A stretch of 64,000 nt of DNA from a virus (Duplodnaviria; Caudoviricetes), in IMG/VR virus record IMGVR_UViG_3300008259_002461, one strand, 5' to 3'. The notes beneath the pieces are model-generated. The model was not told where the DNA came from. It saw only the letters and a program-made list of their open reading frames with translations, and did no database searches. How positions within the stretch are numbered: position 1 is the first letter of the stretch; each line of letters opens with the position of its first letter. A program made the translations under genes and the position numbers. Positions 1 to 9,292 of the stretch are shown here, piece after piece.

Positions 1-526
1 GTGCATCCTGTGCAGCTTCGAATGTCCAGCGAGCTGATAGCTTTCTGGTCTTAGCTTCAACAGTTTGCTTCAAGATCTGGATGGACATTCTTCGTCCAGC
101 TGCACCTTCTAAAGCTGCTGTTGCATTAGCTTTACCGGTATTAGCACCAGAATACTGTTCAGCAATCTTGAATGGGCTTAGAGCTTCTTCACCTGCTGTT
201 GTACCAACGACACCGCCGTTAGCTGCTACTGTGTCGCTGTAGCGAACACGTAGCGTGTGGATCTGACCCACTGGACCAGTCATAGGCTGGACACCTACCA
301 ATTCGTTAGCGATAACGGTTGGCATTACACGTCTGATGACGGGTAGGATAACACGATTAAGTGTTGAGACATTACCAGCAGAAGTAGAACCTGCGGTAGC
401 GGATTCACTTAGATAACGACGAGTGTTTTCTAATGTGGTTTCCATTACGCTTTTCTTGGTGCCTTGTAAGCCCTCAAGAAGTGCAGTCTTTGTATCCTGC
501 CAGCGACTTTCTAATAGTTCTGACAT
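1..526 (-). CDS. gp23: Major capsid protein, T4 gp23 family (5' part; runs off the window start; absent from the ORF track)
   Basis: Manual translation from ATG at 526: MSELLESRWQDTKTALLEGL...LNRVILPVIRRVMPTVIANELVGVQPMTGPVGQIHTLRVRY...EALSPF...SIQILKQTVEAKTRKLSARWTFEAAQD. QPMTGP and RKLxARWTxE are gp23 hallmarks. SD AAGGAGA upstream; follows gp21-gp22 as in T4. Confidence 0.97.
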   Translation of the reverse strand, partial: MSELLESRWQDTKTALLEGLQGTKKSVMETTLENTRRYLSESATAGSTSAGNVSTLNRVILPVIRRVMPTVIANELVGVQPMTGPVGQIHTLRVRYSDTVAANGGVVGTTAGEEALSPFKIAEQYSGANTGKANATAALEGAAGRRMSIQILKQTVEAKTRKLSARWTFEAAQDA

Positions 527-538
527 TTGGTTTTCTCC

Positions 539-1633
539 TTATTTTAATCCAGCTAGACGCTTGATATCGATTACATTTGAATCGTGGTCTGCTTTTGAAC
601 TAATACTTTCTTCCCTATTGCCTGTTACTTCTTTGCCTTCTGATAATACTGCCTTCTTCTTAGCTGGAGAATTTCCGTCAATTACTGCCGGTAGGTATTT
701 GTCAAACGCAGAGCGTAGCTTTGCTGTCTGAACAGATTCCAGTAAGTCTGTCATAATTTCTCTTTGGCCTGCGTTTAACGGCGAAACCAAGTCGTTCATT
801 ATTTCTTTTCTTTGTGCAGATTCAACTAAACGTTGTTTTTCAACGCTAATTGTTTCTGCAAGTTGCTTTGCTTTAGCCGCAAATGCTTTTGCTTCAGATA
901 TTTGTTGATCTTTTAACTCAACAACTTTCATTAGTTTAGCAGTGTCTGACTTTTCATTTAAGTAGCTGCCTGCGTATTCAGAAGCAAATGCTTCAAATAG
1001 CTTGCGGCCAAAGTCATTACGGCGTGCTGTCTCAATATCTTCTTTAAGCTGAGTCATCTCTTGTGTGAGTTTCTTGCTTACAGTTTCTGATACTAATTTA
1101 GCACTCTTGTTAATAAAGCTCTTTTGAACTTGTGCAAATTTTTCTTTAGCTTCACGGACTAGGCGAACCTTTGTCTCAGCTAGATCTTTCTTATCTTCGT
1201 AAAATTCTGCGATCTCAGTAGCTAGTGCTTCTACAATGAATTCTTCTAGTTTGGCAAACTTAACTGCCATAGTCTTTTGATCTTCATGTAGCTCTCCGAC
1301 TTCCTTACCTAGCTGACTTACAACAAAACTTTTTAGTAGATTTGCGTTTTCACGCATTGCTACTGCATATTTTGCTTTTGCTTCTGCTAGTTGTCTGCGA
1401 TCATCTGCAAACTCTTGGATTTCGGAGGCAAGGCGCTCACTAAGCATGGCATCAATAGCTTCAACCATTGATGCTTTATCATGTTCGTATTTTTGAGCGA
1501 ACTCTTCGCGTAGTTCAGCAGTGACAGCTTGACGGTTCTCACGAACCCTAGATTGCCATGCTTCCTCGATTTGGGCACGCACTTCTTCTGATACAACATC
1601 ATTTTCGAATAGTGTTTTAAGTGCATCCAACAT
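539..1633 (-). CDS. gp22: Prohead core scaffold protein, T4 gp22-like
   Basis: 364 aa, coiled-coil and Glu/Lys-rich, lying between prohead protease and MCP. SD AGGAGA upstream. Confidence 0.85.
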   Translation of the reverse strand: MLDALKTLFENDVVSEEVRAQIEEAWQSRVRENRQAVTAELREEFAQKYEHDKASMVEAIDAMLSERLASEIQEFADDRRQLAEAKAKYAVAMRENANLLKSFVVSQLGKEVGELHEDQKTMAVKFAKLEEFIVEALATEIAEFYEDKKDLAETKVRLVREAKEKFAQVQKSFINKSAKLVSETVSKKLTQEMTQLKEDIETARRNDFGRKLFEAFASEYAGSYLNEKSDTAKLMKVVELKDQQISEAKAFAAKAKQLAETISVEKQRLVESAQRKEIMNDLVSPLNAGQREIMTDLLESVQTAKLRSAFDKYLPAVIDGNSPAKKKAVLSEGKEVTGNREESISSKADHDSNVIDIKRLAGLK

Positions 1634-1646
1634 TTATTTTCTCCTC

Positions 1647-2270
1647 TTATTGGAGTCGACTGATTATATTAATCAGCGAATCTTTCAAATACTTCTGTGC
1701 CTTGGGGTCGTGTCTTGTAGCCTGTGCGATTTCATAAGCCTTGTAACCGCCACGAGCATTCATAATATGTTCGTAGATGGGTGTTGGGTAAGCACCAGGT
1801 GCGCTGGGTTGTGCCACAACGTCAACGGTGATTATTTCAAAATCTGATACTTCACCGGAACCGTCCTCTTGGACGTTCCCGGATCCGCGTGATGATACTC
1901 CTAACTTTACCCCGCTCTCTAGCATTGTTTTAACTAGATTGCCCATTGGTGTTGGTAGGATCTTTAACTTGCCATAGCCGTTTGGTCCATCCATCCACAT
2001 TTCTGTGATCATATGGCTTACGCGGTCTAGGTTGATATTAAGGCCTTCTGGATGATCTACTTCGCCGAGAACTGAGTAGCCTCCGCTAACTTGATCATTG
2101 AGAGTTTTGACAGCCCTGCCAATTTCATTTACAGGATACACTCGCTGATTTGCGTTGCGCACTCCGCCTTGAATACAAATGCCTTTCATGTAAAGACTTT
2201 TGCCTTCATCAGCGGATTCGATCACAATCTTAGCTTGGTCGAATGTCAGGTTCTCTCGTAAGTTTTTCAT
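1647..2270 (-). CDS. gp21: Prohead core protease, T4 gp21 family
   Basis: Motifs NANQRVYP, LGEVDHP, RVSHMI, LGVSSRGSG and DVVAQPSAPGAY. Start moved from 2324 to ATG 2270 (MKNLRE), which has a SD and removes the overlap with the upstream gene. Confidence 0.95.
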   Translation of the reverse strand: MKNLRENLTFDQAKIVIESADEGKSLYMKGICIQGGVRNANQRVYPVNEIGRAVKTLNDQVSGGYSVLGEVDHPEGLNINLDRVSHMITEMWMDGPNGYGKLKILPTPMGNLVKTMLESGVKLGVSSRGSGNVQEDGSGEVSDFEIITVDVVAQPSAPGAYPTPIYEHIMNARGGYKAYEIAQATRHDPKAQKYLKDSLINIISRLQ

Positions 2271-2280
2271 TCGAAGTTCC

Positions 2281-3294
2281 TTACTTGCCGCCAATGATTG
2301 ATTTCTTATTGGCTGCTGTGTCACCGGAGCCTTTCTTCTCTGCGCCGTGACCTTTTGCTACACCACTCATTTTAGTGGCGCTCTTTGAACCAGGAACGTT
2401 TACATTGCCAGCATTGTCTTCTTTAGGTGAACCACCTTTGAAAACGCCATTGCCTTTTAGTTGACCTTTGTTAGCTTCAACACCTTGCTCTGTTCCAGCT
2501 TGGTTCAAGTTAGATGCGGTACCGCCCATATCATTTTTGTTAGCAACTACGGACTTTGTGTTTGCTCCGTTGTCACCCATTTTACCAAATTGATTGTATG
2601 TTTGGCCGCCTACTTTTTCGACATATTCACGCATTTCTTCTGCGGCGGATTTTTTCATATCCTTTTTCTTGTCGTCTTTTTTATCTTTTTTAGCTTCGAA
2701 AGCATAAGATTCTTTTTCTTCTTCGTCGTCGGACTCTTCGCCTTCTTCGTCGTCGGAACCTTCTTCGTCACCGCCCATGTCATCCATGTCGCCGTGCTCT
2801 TCTTCACCTTCTTCACCAGACATCATTTTTTCAAATTCAGCCTTTAGTTCGTCTAGTGCGTCTTCTAGATCAACTACACGATCTTCAATACCGCCACCTT
2901 CTTCGTCACTGCCCATGTCATCCATGCCCATGTCGCCGCCGTCTACTTCAACGTCACCCATCATGTTGTCAGCTGGATCACCGCCCATCGCCATTGGGTC
3001 AGCTTCTACTTCAAATTCGTCTAAGTTGAAATCTTCGTCAACTTTTTTATCTTCGTCATCAGACTCATCAACTTCTTCGTCGGAAGCTTCATCAACTTCT
3101 TCGTCATCTGACTCATCAACTTCTTCATCAGAAGCTTCGTCTACATCTTTATCTTCTAGATCATCTTCTAAAAGTGCTTCGTAAATTTCACGTGATTTTT
3201 CAACCACGATTTCATGGAAAAGCTCTTCAGCACCTGCTTTATCTTCATTGATAAGGCGCTCAAGCATTTCTTCAAACTTTTTGCGATCTGCCAT
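2281..3294 (-). CDS. Highly acidic prohead core protein, gp67-like
   Basis: N-terminal helix DKAGAEELFHEIVVEKS followed by long D/E tracts, located between portal and protease as T4 gp67 is. Start taken at ATG 3294 (MADRKK) with SD AGGAGA; the ORF track starts at 3336. Confidence 0.7.
   Translation of the reverse strand: MADRKKFEEMLERLINEDKAGAEELFHEIVVEKSREIYEALLEDDLEDKDVDEASDEEVDESDDEEVDEASDEEVDESDDEDKKVDEDFNLDEFEVEADPMAMGGDPADNMMGDVEVDGGDMGMDDMGSDEEGGGIEDRVVDLEDALDELKAEFEKMMSGEEGEEEHGDMDDMGGDEEGSDDEEGEESDDEEEKESYAFEAKKDKKDDKKKDMKKSAAEEMREYVEKVGGQTYNQFGKMGDNGANTKSVVANKNDMGGTASNLNQAGTEQGVEANKGQLKGNGVFKGGSPKEDNAGNVNVPGSKSATKMSGVAKGHGAEKKGSGDTAANKKSIIGGK
3062..3150 (-). repeat. Coding tandem repeat (VDEASDEE/VDESDDEE units) in the acidic core protein
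   Basis: Protein DVDEASDEEVDESDDEEVDEASDEEVDESDD; the repeated tcatcaacttcttc units are visible in the DNA. Confidence 0.75.
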
Positions 3295-3339
3295 TTGTAT
3301 TCTCCTGTAAGTAATTACCTGTGGTAAGGCTGTCATGTT

Positions 3340-3345
3340 TATTTA
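3340..3345 (-). promoter_or_regulatory. Putative late promoter core (GAGTAAATA)
   Basis: TAAATA core of the T4 late consensus TATAAATA, intergenic, upstream of the head operon. Confidence 0.5.
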
Positions 3346-3405
3346 CTCGTTTTGGGGAAAAGTGCGCAGATATAGGCAAAAAACGGCTCGTTTTGAGCAG
3401 TTTGC

Positions 3406-4128
3406 CTAAAGATTGAACATTTTCTTAAAGTCATCAACAAAGATTGTCTTTAAGTTGTTAAATTTATTTAGTTCCTCTGGACAATAATTATCAGGTAATA
3501 TTACCCTGTAAAACTGTGTTTGAGGATTTTCTTTAATAACACTGGCTGTTTGACGTAACCAATTGCCAAAGAATGTAGCGCCGTCAGTGCTTTTTTTATA
3601 GTTAACTGTGTCTGCATACAGGTTATTAAATTTTGCACCTTCGTTTAATCCTTTATAATCAAAGCCTAGTATAAAGATTCGTTCATACTTGTGCTGACTA
3701 GATAACCATAGTGCAGTAGGTCCTGAACTCCATCCTTTACTAGGATGAAAATAATTTAAATTTTGTATACGTTGATATGATTTATTAGGATTAGTCCATA
3801 CTGGATTTCGATGCTGATAGCCTGCCTTTGAAATTTCTAAGACCATTTTTACATCTACTGCAACTAGATAGTCTGGTGCAAAAGTTCTGTACAATGCATT
3901 ACAGCCGTATGTTTTTCCGTAAAGTTTTAATACTTTAGGATCTATGCTGGATCTACTAGTACCGTTGCCTAGTACAAAAGCTGTAGCAGTATCAAAAGGT
4001 ACTACTAAAGTTTGCGGTTGAGTGTTAGGAACTGAATTAACAGCTTCGGCAATTTTTTTTTGCCTACGCTGTTCTTTAATTATGTTCCATTCAGTTTTAG
4101 TATATTTTGATTTGTCTATCTTGGCCAT
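3406..4128 (-). CDS. DUF115/Maf-like (sialyltransferase-like fold) putative glycosyltransferase
   Basis: Motifs AFVLGNGTS, YGCNALY, PDYLVAVD, WSSGPTALWLS and IFILGFDY match the GNGPS...SSG...GFD pattern of DUF115/Maf and GT29/GT42-like proteins. Confidence 0.55.
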   Translation of the reverse strand: MAKIDKSKYTKTEWNIIKEQRRQKKIAEAVNSVPNTQPQTLVVPFDTATAFVLGNGTSRSSIDPKVLKLYGKTYGCNALYRTFAPDYLVAVDVKMVLEISKAGYQHRNPVWTNPNKSYQRIQNLNYFHPSKGWSSGPTALWLSSQHKYERIFILGFDYKGLNEGAKFNNLYADTVNYKKSTDGATFFGNWLRQTASVIKENPQTQFYRVILPDNYCPEELNKFNNLKTIFVDDFKKMFNL

Positions 4129-4376
4129 TACCCACCTGTAGCCGCTGCTTGTGCTGCCATTCCGTACATCTGTCTAATGAAATCTAATTCTTTGACAGTT
4201 TCTTTTTTATGTAGTTCAGCAGCTTTTCTAGCACGACCAATTTGGCGTAGGGTAAGACGTGTTTTGCGTGTGTCAGACGGTTTTAGTATAGATGTATCGT
4301 AAATGGGATCATACCTGTCGTTTTCAACAGGTTCTAATGTTTCTTTATCAAAATAAAATAATTCACGCAATATCAT
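4128..4376 (-). CDS. Small head-cluster protein of unknown function
   Basis: 82 aa directly after the portal, preceded by a perfect TATAAATA, and coupled to the next gene. Confidence 0.75.
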   Translation of the reverse strand: MILRELFYFDKETLEPVENDRYDPIYDTSILKPSDTRKTRLTLRQIGRARKAAELHKKETVKELDFIRQMYGMAAQAAATGG

Positions 4377-4381
4377 AATAG

Positions 4382-4389
4382 TATTTATA
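4382..4389 (-). promoter_or_regulatory. T4-type late promoter TATAAATA
   Basis: Exact consensus, 5 nt upstream of ATG 4376; gp55 is encoded in this window. Confidence 0.7.
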
Positions 4390-6133
4390 TCGTTTGTGAT
4401 CCTGCGGGCGGTGCCGCACCGGGTGATGTGCCTGTTGATGTTGTTGGCGGAGCAGCATCTCCACCTGCAACTGGTTCTTCTCCGGTAGTGTCAATGTCTT
4501 CTGCGCTGCCTATGTCTGCACTGATGCCTGCTGAACTAATACCAACTCCTCTCATCTCGCCGGCAGCGTCTGCTGGGCTTCCGTTGACATTTTCTTCGTT
4601 TTCTTCGCGCCACATTCTTTCGTTCTCTGCTATCTCTTCTGGACTCATACCTAAGAAACGTTTCATTGCAAAGCGGTTTGATATGAATGGAATTTGTTGT
4701 ACCTGCGCAAAGGTTGGTATACGTGCATTGTCTAATTCTGATTGACGATAAGCCGCAAAGTTTAAAGGTTCTTGGAAAGCAATGTCAAACATTGCAACGT
4801 CTATGTTCACACCTTTTTCTAGCAAATAGCGTTTAAATTCTTGGTTAAACTCTTCTGCAACTAATCCTTGTAGACGTTCGCAGTAGTTGTTGAATCTTAA
4901 TTCTTGTATGTAAGCTGTGCCTACTCGACCGTCATTAAACTGGCTAGCACCGTCATCTGCACCTGTAGGCAAGTATGAACTAGGTATACGCAGACCTCTA
5001 ACTAATTTGTTAGTAAAGTAGCGTAAATCATCAATTTCACCTAGGTTAGTACCGCCTGGTAAGGTTTCAACTTTAGAACCTCTACCTTCTGCTGTTTGCG
5101 GGAAGAAGTAGTCTTCGTTAATACTTAACGGGTTGTAGCTTGAGTCAATTACATTGGTACCACCACCTGTTGTAGAAGGTATGCGTCTTTGATGTATTTC
5201 TGTTTTTACACGCTCAACAAAGGCCATTGCTAAGTGACTAGGCATATTACCTACGTCAACATAAAACACTCTACGTTCTGGAGCACGTTGTACTCGATAG
5301 ATAATAATAGCGTCTTCAAGTAATTCTTTTTGTTTGTAAACTTTAAAGATTGATTCTAATAAACTGTTACCAAATGGATAGTTATTGTCTAAGCCTTCTG
5401 ATAAACTTAGATGAACAATGTGTTCAGCATCAATTGCTACTTCACCATCACCAACTTGAAATCTGCTGCCTGCTTGTTGTGGTGCGCTGCCTACCATACC
5501 ACGGCCACCACCTGTGAAGTATCCTTCACTCTTACCTGCACCTGTAATGTTACCTGTGGTAATATTAGGAGTAGTTGCTACTAGATGTTTAAAGTTTAGG
5601 TTAACATCTTTGATCATGTATTGCTCGGGCTTTTTACCTTCGCTTTCGTTTACTATAATTCTAGTAACTTTAGCTGGATCAATGTGAAACCATTTGCCTG
5701 TTTCTGGATCTCTGATAAAAAATGCATCACCATACTTGAATACATTACGAAACACACGGAACATACGTGTGTCAAATTGATTATTCTTACACCATTGTTT
5801 TAGGTACTGACCTAAAATTGTTACTTCACTGTTAGTAGCACGTTTGTTAAAAGTAAATTTGAAGTTAGTTTTATTTTCGTCATTGATCTGTGTACAGAAT
5901 TCTGCAAGAATATCCAGAGCAGCATTAACTTCTGAATCCATATCCATAGTGTTATACTGCCCATAACGTTCTACACGATTAGGTGAACCTACATACACGT
6001 CTGGAAGATATGAACTATAGTTTGTTCTTGCAGGTCCAGGGCGGCCAGTACTGTTTCTTCCGCTGAGAGGACTGTAGCTTCCGCTTGCGTTATCCCCTGT
6101 TTGCACAGGAGTAAAATATTTTTTCCAACTCAT
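4385..6133 (-). CDS. gp20: Portal protein, T4 gp20 family
   Basis: Motifs LLEDAIIIYRVQRAPERRVFYVDVGNMP, EDYFFP...GRGSKVETLPGG, DDLRYF..KL.RGLRIPSS and IQELRF. Confidence 0.97.
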   Translation of the reverse strand: MSWKKYFTPVQTGDNASGSYSPLSGRNSTGRPGPARTNYSSYLPDVYVGSPNRVERYGQYNTMDMDSEVNAALDILAEFCTQINDENKTNFKFTFNKRATNSEVTILGQYLKQWCKNNQFDTRMFRVFRNVFKYGDAFFIRDPETGKWFHIDPAKVTRIIVNESEGKKPEQYMIKDVNLNFKHLVATTPNITTGNITGAGKSEGYFTGGGRGMVGSAPQQAGSRFQVGDGEVAIDAEHIVHLSLSEGLDNNYPFGNSLLESIFKVYKQKELLEDAIIIYRVQRAPERRVFYVDVGNMPSHLAMAFVERVKTEIHQRRIPSTTGGGTNVIDSSYNPLSINEDYFFPQTAEGRGSKVETLPGGTNLGEIDDLRYFTNKLVRGLRIPSSYLPTGADDGASQFNDGRVGTAYIQELRFNNYCERLQGLVAEEFNQEFKRYLLEKGVNIDVAMFDIAFQEPLNFAAYRQSELDNARIPTFAQVQQIPFISNRFAMKRFLGMSPEEIAENERMWREENEENVNGSPADAAGEMRGVGISSAGISADIGSAEDIDTTGEEPVAGGDAAPPTTSTGTSPGAAPPAGSQTI

Positions 6134-6134
6134 A

Positions 6135-8348
6135 TTAACCTAATCCTCTCATAACATCACCGCTCATACCTCTAATGCCTTTAAGTTGTTTCTGTTGAAT
6201 TTCTAACTGCTGACCTGCTGTTTGGGCAAGTTGTTCCATTGGCCCTTTAATTGAGCTTGCTACATCTTCAATTGGCTTTTTAATTTCGCTCATTGCAGAT
6301 CTAAATGATTGCGTTAGTTCACTCATATCCATACCTTTTGCCGAAGCATTTGAAACCATTTGCCTAGAAGTATTCTGCATAGTATTTAACATACCGTTAA
6401 GTGTTTGTACGTTATTTGCGGCTAATGTTTCCATAATTGGCGTTACATTGCTTGCAACATCATTTGATAATGTTCCTACATTAAATATGTCGCTTACTGC
6501 TTGTAAAGCGCCAAGAGCACTATTTCGCATAATGCTAGCAGTCTGTTCTGGTGTTTGCACAGATTCAATACCATGCAATAACATGTTAGACTGTTTACCA
6601 AAATTTTCAAATAGTCTACCAGTTTTACCTAGTGACCCTGTTTCGCGTCCTGGGTCATTTTGAGTTCCCCTTCTGTCAGGCGGTATTGATCTTTCATTTA
6701 CTGGTCCGTTTACTACTACGGTTCCTGTTGCATTTACGTTTACATTTTCCCATGTTAAACTCATTGCTTCTTTTATTTTAGATGCTAAATCTTCAATTAA
6801 TTTTGTACGCTCACTTTCTGGCGACTCTTTAATTTGAGTAACTAATTTATTAATTTCTGCAGCAAGTTCTGGGTTATTAGCTTGGATAGCATTTCTAACT
6901 GCTGCACTTGAGTTAGCTACTACCGCTGCCATATCAGATCCACCTATTCCTAAAGTAGATCTAACAGTAGATAATATATTGTCAACTTCATTTTTGACAT
7001 TAAGTTGTGTTCTTAAGTAATTTGCAAAATCGTCTGCACTTTTTCCAAGAGTACTATATAGTCCGCTAATTTGTTTTTGTGCTTCTAACGCCATCCCACT
7101 TGCAATACCCTGCAATTTTAATAAGGCTTCAACAGCTGATCGACCTTCGTCTTCAACTTCTTTACCTGTCTTAGGATCTATTGTTTTAGGTCCTTTCATT
7201 ATTTCTTCTTGCTTTTTCTTAACTCTATCTAAGAACTCAGCACCTGCTAGATCAACATTTTTTCCTTCAGCTTTAAACTGATCTTGAACTTGGCGAATGG
7301 CTTCTGCTAATCCAAAAGCTCCTTCACCAAATACTCTACTGTACAATTCTGTAATATTAGAATCAACTCTGCCGCCTAATTTAGCTAGTTCTCGCATAGT
7401 AGTTGACTGTTGTTCTGCTGCCGCAGTACTTAGAGCTGCTGCAAGGGCTGCTTCGCGCTCTGCATCTGTTCCATTCTTTAAAACTCTTTCGTATTCTTCA
7501 AATGCTTTTACAGTTTTAGGCATCATAGCAACCAGCGGAGCAACATCTTTTCCTGGAAACTTTCTAATTACCATATCTTCAAACAACTGCTGCATAGCAG
7601 GACCCATAGTTTTAAATAATTGAGAACCTTCAAGGAAAGATTTTCTTGATTTAGTATCTAACTCAGTTAGATATGCTGCTACGTCACCCTGACGCATTTT
7701 TGCTTCTATCTCTTTTTGTAACTGTTGTGTTTGCTTACCAGTTAATTTAGATAGTTTGTCAAGATTTTTAGTGAACTCCATTGCAGATGCATTTCGTTCT
7801 TCTTCTGTTTGTTGTTGGCCTTTGCGTCTATAATTTTCTATAGCATCGTATTGTAAGAAACTTTCGTTAATATCTTTAGTTGTTAGACCTAATCGCTGTA
7901 ATTGTAGAGAAGTTTCAGTGGATTGGCCCTCTAATGTAAAAAAGAACTTGCGCTGCATGTCCAAGAATCTTGAAGCACCATCAGACACTCCTACTAGGCC
8001 ATCGCCAAATGTTAAAAGGAAATCAGTATTGCTGCTTATCAGCGATGCCATTTCATCAAGTTTTAATCTAGCACCTGCGGCAGATTCGTTCATCTTGCCA
8101 ATACTCATACCAAAATCTACACCAAATCTTGAAAACCCTTGCAGTGTACCTAAGCCACCTTCAAGATATTTTACAACTGAATTAAGTGCTCCTAGACCAG
8201 AAGTAAGATCAGATAATTGAGGATTAGTATCTAGTAGACCGCCAGCAAATCCTTTAAGACCCGCAGTAGCTTTGCGTACAGTGCCCGTAAACACATTACC
8301 TGCACCGGTAGCTACTTTATCTGAGACGGTTTTGTCATTTTCAGCCAA
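6135..8348 (-). CDS. Probable tail tape measure protein
   Basis: 737 aa, helical and Ala/Gly/Gln-rich, with a TTG start and SD AGGAGA. Lies head-to-head with the gp26-like chaperone. Confidence 0.7.
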   Translation of the reverse strand: MAENDKTVSDKVATGAGNVFTGTVRKATAGLKGFAGGLLDTNPQLSDLTSGLGALNSVVKYLEGGLGTLQGFSRFGVDFGMSIGKMNESAAGARLKLDEMASLISSNTDFLLTFGDGLVGVSDGASRFLDMQRKFFFTLEGQSTETSLQLQRLGLTTKDINESFLQYDAIENYRRKGQQQTEEERNASAMEFTKNLDKLSKLTGKQTQQLQKEIEAKMRQGDVAAYLTELDTKSRKSFLEGSQLFKTMGPAMQQLFEDMVIRKFPGKDVAPLVAMMPKTVKAFEEYERVLKNGTDAEREAALAAALSTAAAEQQSTTMRELAKLGGRVDSNITELYSRVFGEGAFGLAEAIRQVQDQFKAEGKNVDLAGAEFLDRVKKKQEEIMKGPKTIDPKTGKEVEDEGRSAVEALLKLQGIASGMALEAQKQISGLYSTLGKSADDFANYLRTQLNVKNEVDNILSTVRSTLGIGGSDMAAVVANSSAAVRNAIQANNPELAAEINKLVTQIKESPESERTKLIEDLASKIKEAMSLTWENVNVNATGTVVVNGPVNERSIPPDRRGTQNDPGRETGSLGKTGRLFENFGKQSNMLLHGIESVQTPEQTASIMRNSALGALQAVSDIFNVGTLSNDVASNVTPIMETLAANNVQTLNGMLNTMQNTSRQMVSNASAKGMDMSELTQSFRSAMSEIKKPIEDVASSIKGPMEQLAQTAGQQLEIQQKQLKGIRGMSGDVMRGLG

Positions 8349-8374
8349 TCTGCTTCTCCTGGTATTTTAGCACT

Positions 8375-8382
8375 TATAAATA
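8375..8382 (+). promoter_or_regulatory. Late promoter TATAAATA for the gp26-like gene
   Basis: Exact consensus in the 72-bp divergent intergenic gap. Confidence 0.7.
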
Positions 8383-8398
8383 TGAATACGCTATTGTA

Positions 8399-8406
8399 TA
8401 TTTATC
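8399..8406 (-). promoter_or_regulatory. Late promoter GATAAATA for the tape measure/portal transcript
   Basis: Near-consensus and the same variant as at 40048 and 44649. Confidence 0.6.
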
Positions 8407-8420
8407 TTTAGGAAAAACAC

Positions 8421-9257
8421 ATGGAAAACTATTCAAGTCCTCTTCAGAAGTATAAGAGGGAACCAAAATTGTTAATTGACTTACCCAGTAAGGGAAGTTT
8501 TTACCCTCGCAACGCACTAGAAAAGGCAACTGAACTTGAAGTGTACAGTATGACAGCCAGCGATGAAATGCGATTAAAAACTCCTGATGCACTTTATACA
8601 GGCAATGCTGTTGTTAATACAATTCAACGTTGTATACCCGGTATCAAGGACGCATGGGCCATGCCTGTAATTGATGTTGACTATGTGTTAGCTGCCATTA
8701 GATTGGCAACTTACGGTGAAAATATCACTATAAATTCAAAATGTCCTGAGTGTAGTAACGAAGATGCGTACGGTATTCCAATTCAATCTATACTTGATCA
8801 CTACAATTCAGTTAACTTTATAAACGAATTTAGAATTAACAATTTTATTTTTAGAATACGTCCGTTAAACTATAGAGAATTAACTGACATACAACAAAAA
8901 AGTTTTACTATTCAGCGACAACTTAATCAATACGTGTCACAAATAGACGACCAAGAAAAACAACAAGCTGAGGTTAATAGATTATTTGACGACATTAACT
9001 CTATTACTATCAACACTATACAAAAAGTTGTTGTTGAAATAACTACGCCTGACGGTGACAAAGAAATGCATCATCAGTTTATAGTTGACTTTTTAGAAAA
9101 CGGCGAAAAAGAGTATTTTGAAGAAACTAAAAAAGTTTACGAAACTAACTTAGAGAATTGGAACATTAAGCCTAGTAGTGTTGCGTGTAGTGCCTGTAGT
9201 CACGAATATAAAATATTACCAAACTTAGACTATTCAAGTTTTTTCGGTCGAGGCTAA
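8421..9257 (+). CDS. T4 gp26-like baseplate hub/tail assembly chaperone
   Basis: IDLPSKG..YP, VYSMTASDEMRLKTPDALY, D.DYVL.AIRLATYGE, CPEC and CSAC zinc motifs, RIRPLNY. Ends ...YSSFFGRG. Confidence 0.8.
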   Translation: MENYSSPLQKYKREPKLLIDLPSKGSFYPRNALEKATELEVYSMTASDEMRLKTPDALYTGNAVVNTIQRCIPGIKDAWAMPVIDVDYVLAAIRLATYGENITINSKCPECSNEDAYGIPIQSILDHYNSVNFINEFRINNFIFRIRPLNYRELTDIQQKSFTIQRQLNQYVSQIDDQEKQQAEVNRLFDDINSITINTIQKVVVEITTPDGDKEMHHQFIVDFLENGEKEYFEETKKVYETNLENWNIKPSSVACSACSHEYKILPNLDYSSFFGRG

Positions 9258-9292
9258 TTGAGACTCCGGACTCTGCATTACCTCAATTAGCC
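9239..9292 (+). other. Programmed -1 ribosomal frameshift signal (slippery heptamer plus stem-loop)
   Basis: T TTT TTC at 9239-9245 in the correct X XXY YYZ phase, a 6-nt spacer, and a perfect 11-bp stem GGCTAATTGAG (9252-9262) / CTCAATTAGCC (9282-9292). Confidence 0.8.

Noticed and set aside
3375-3406. GGCAAA...TTTGCC hairpin after the Maf-like gene as a terminator
   Set aside because: The stem is weak and interrupted, with competing pairings, so it is not convincing.
423-7623. Antisense and alternate-frame ORFs over the head and tape-measure genes (423-731, 1387-1626, 1650-1847, 2461-2847, 2777-3184, 4428-4745, 5621-5803, 6448-6663, 7297-7623)
   Set aside because: Shadows of well-supported genes. 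The Ser- and Phe-rich products mirror the acidic codons on the coding strand.
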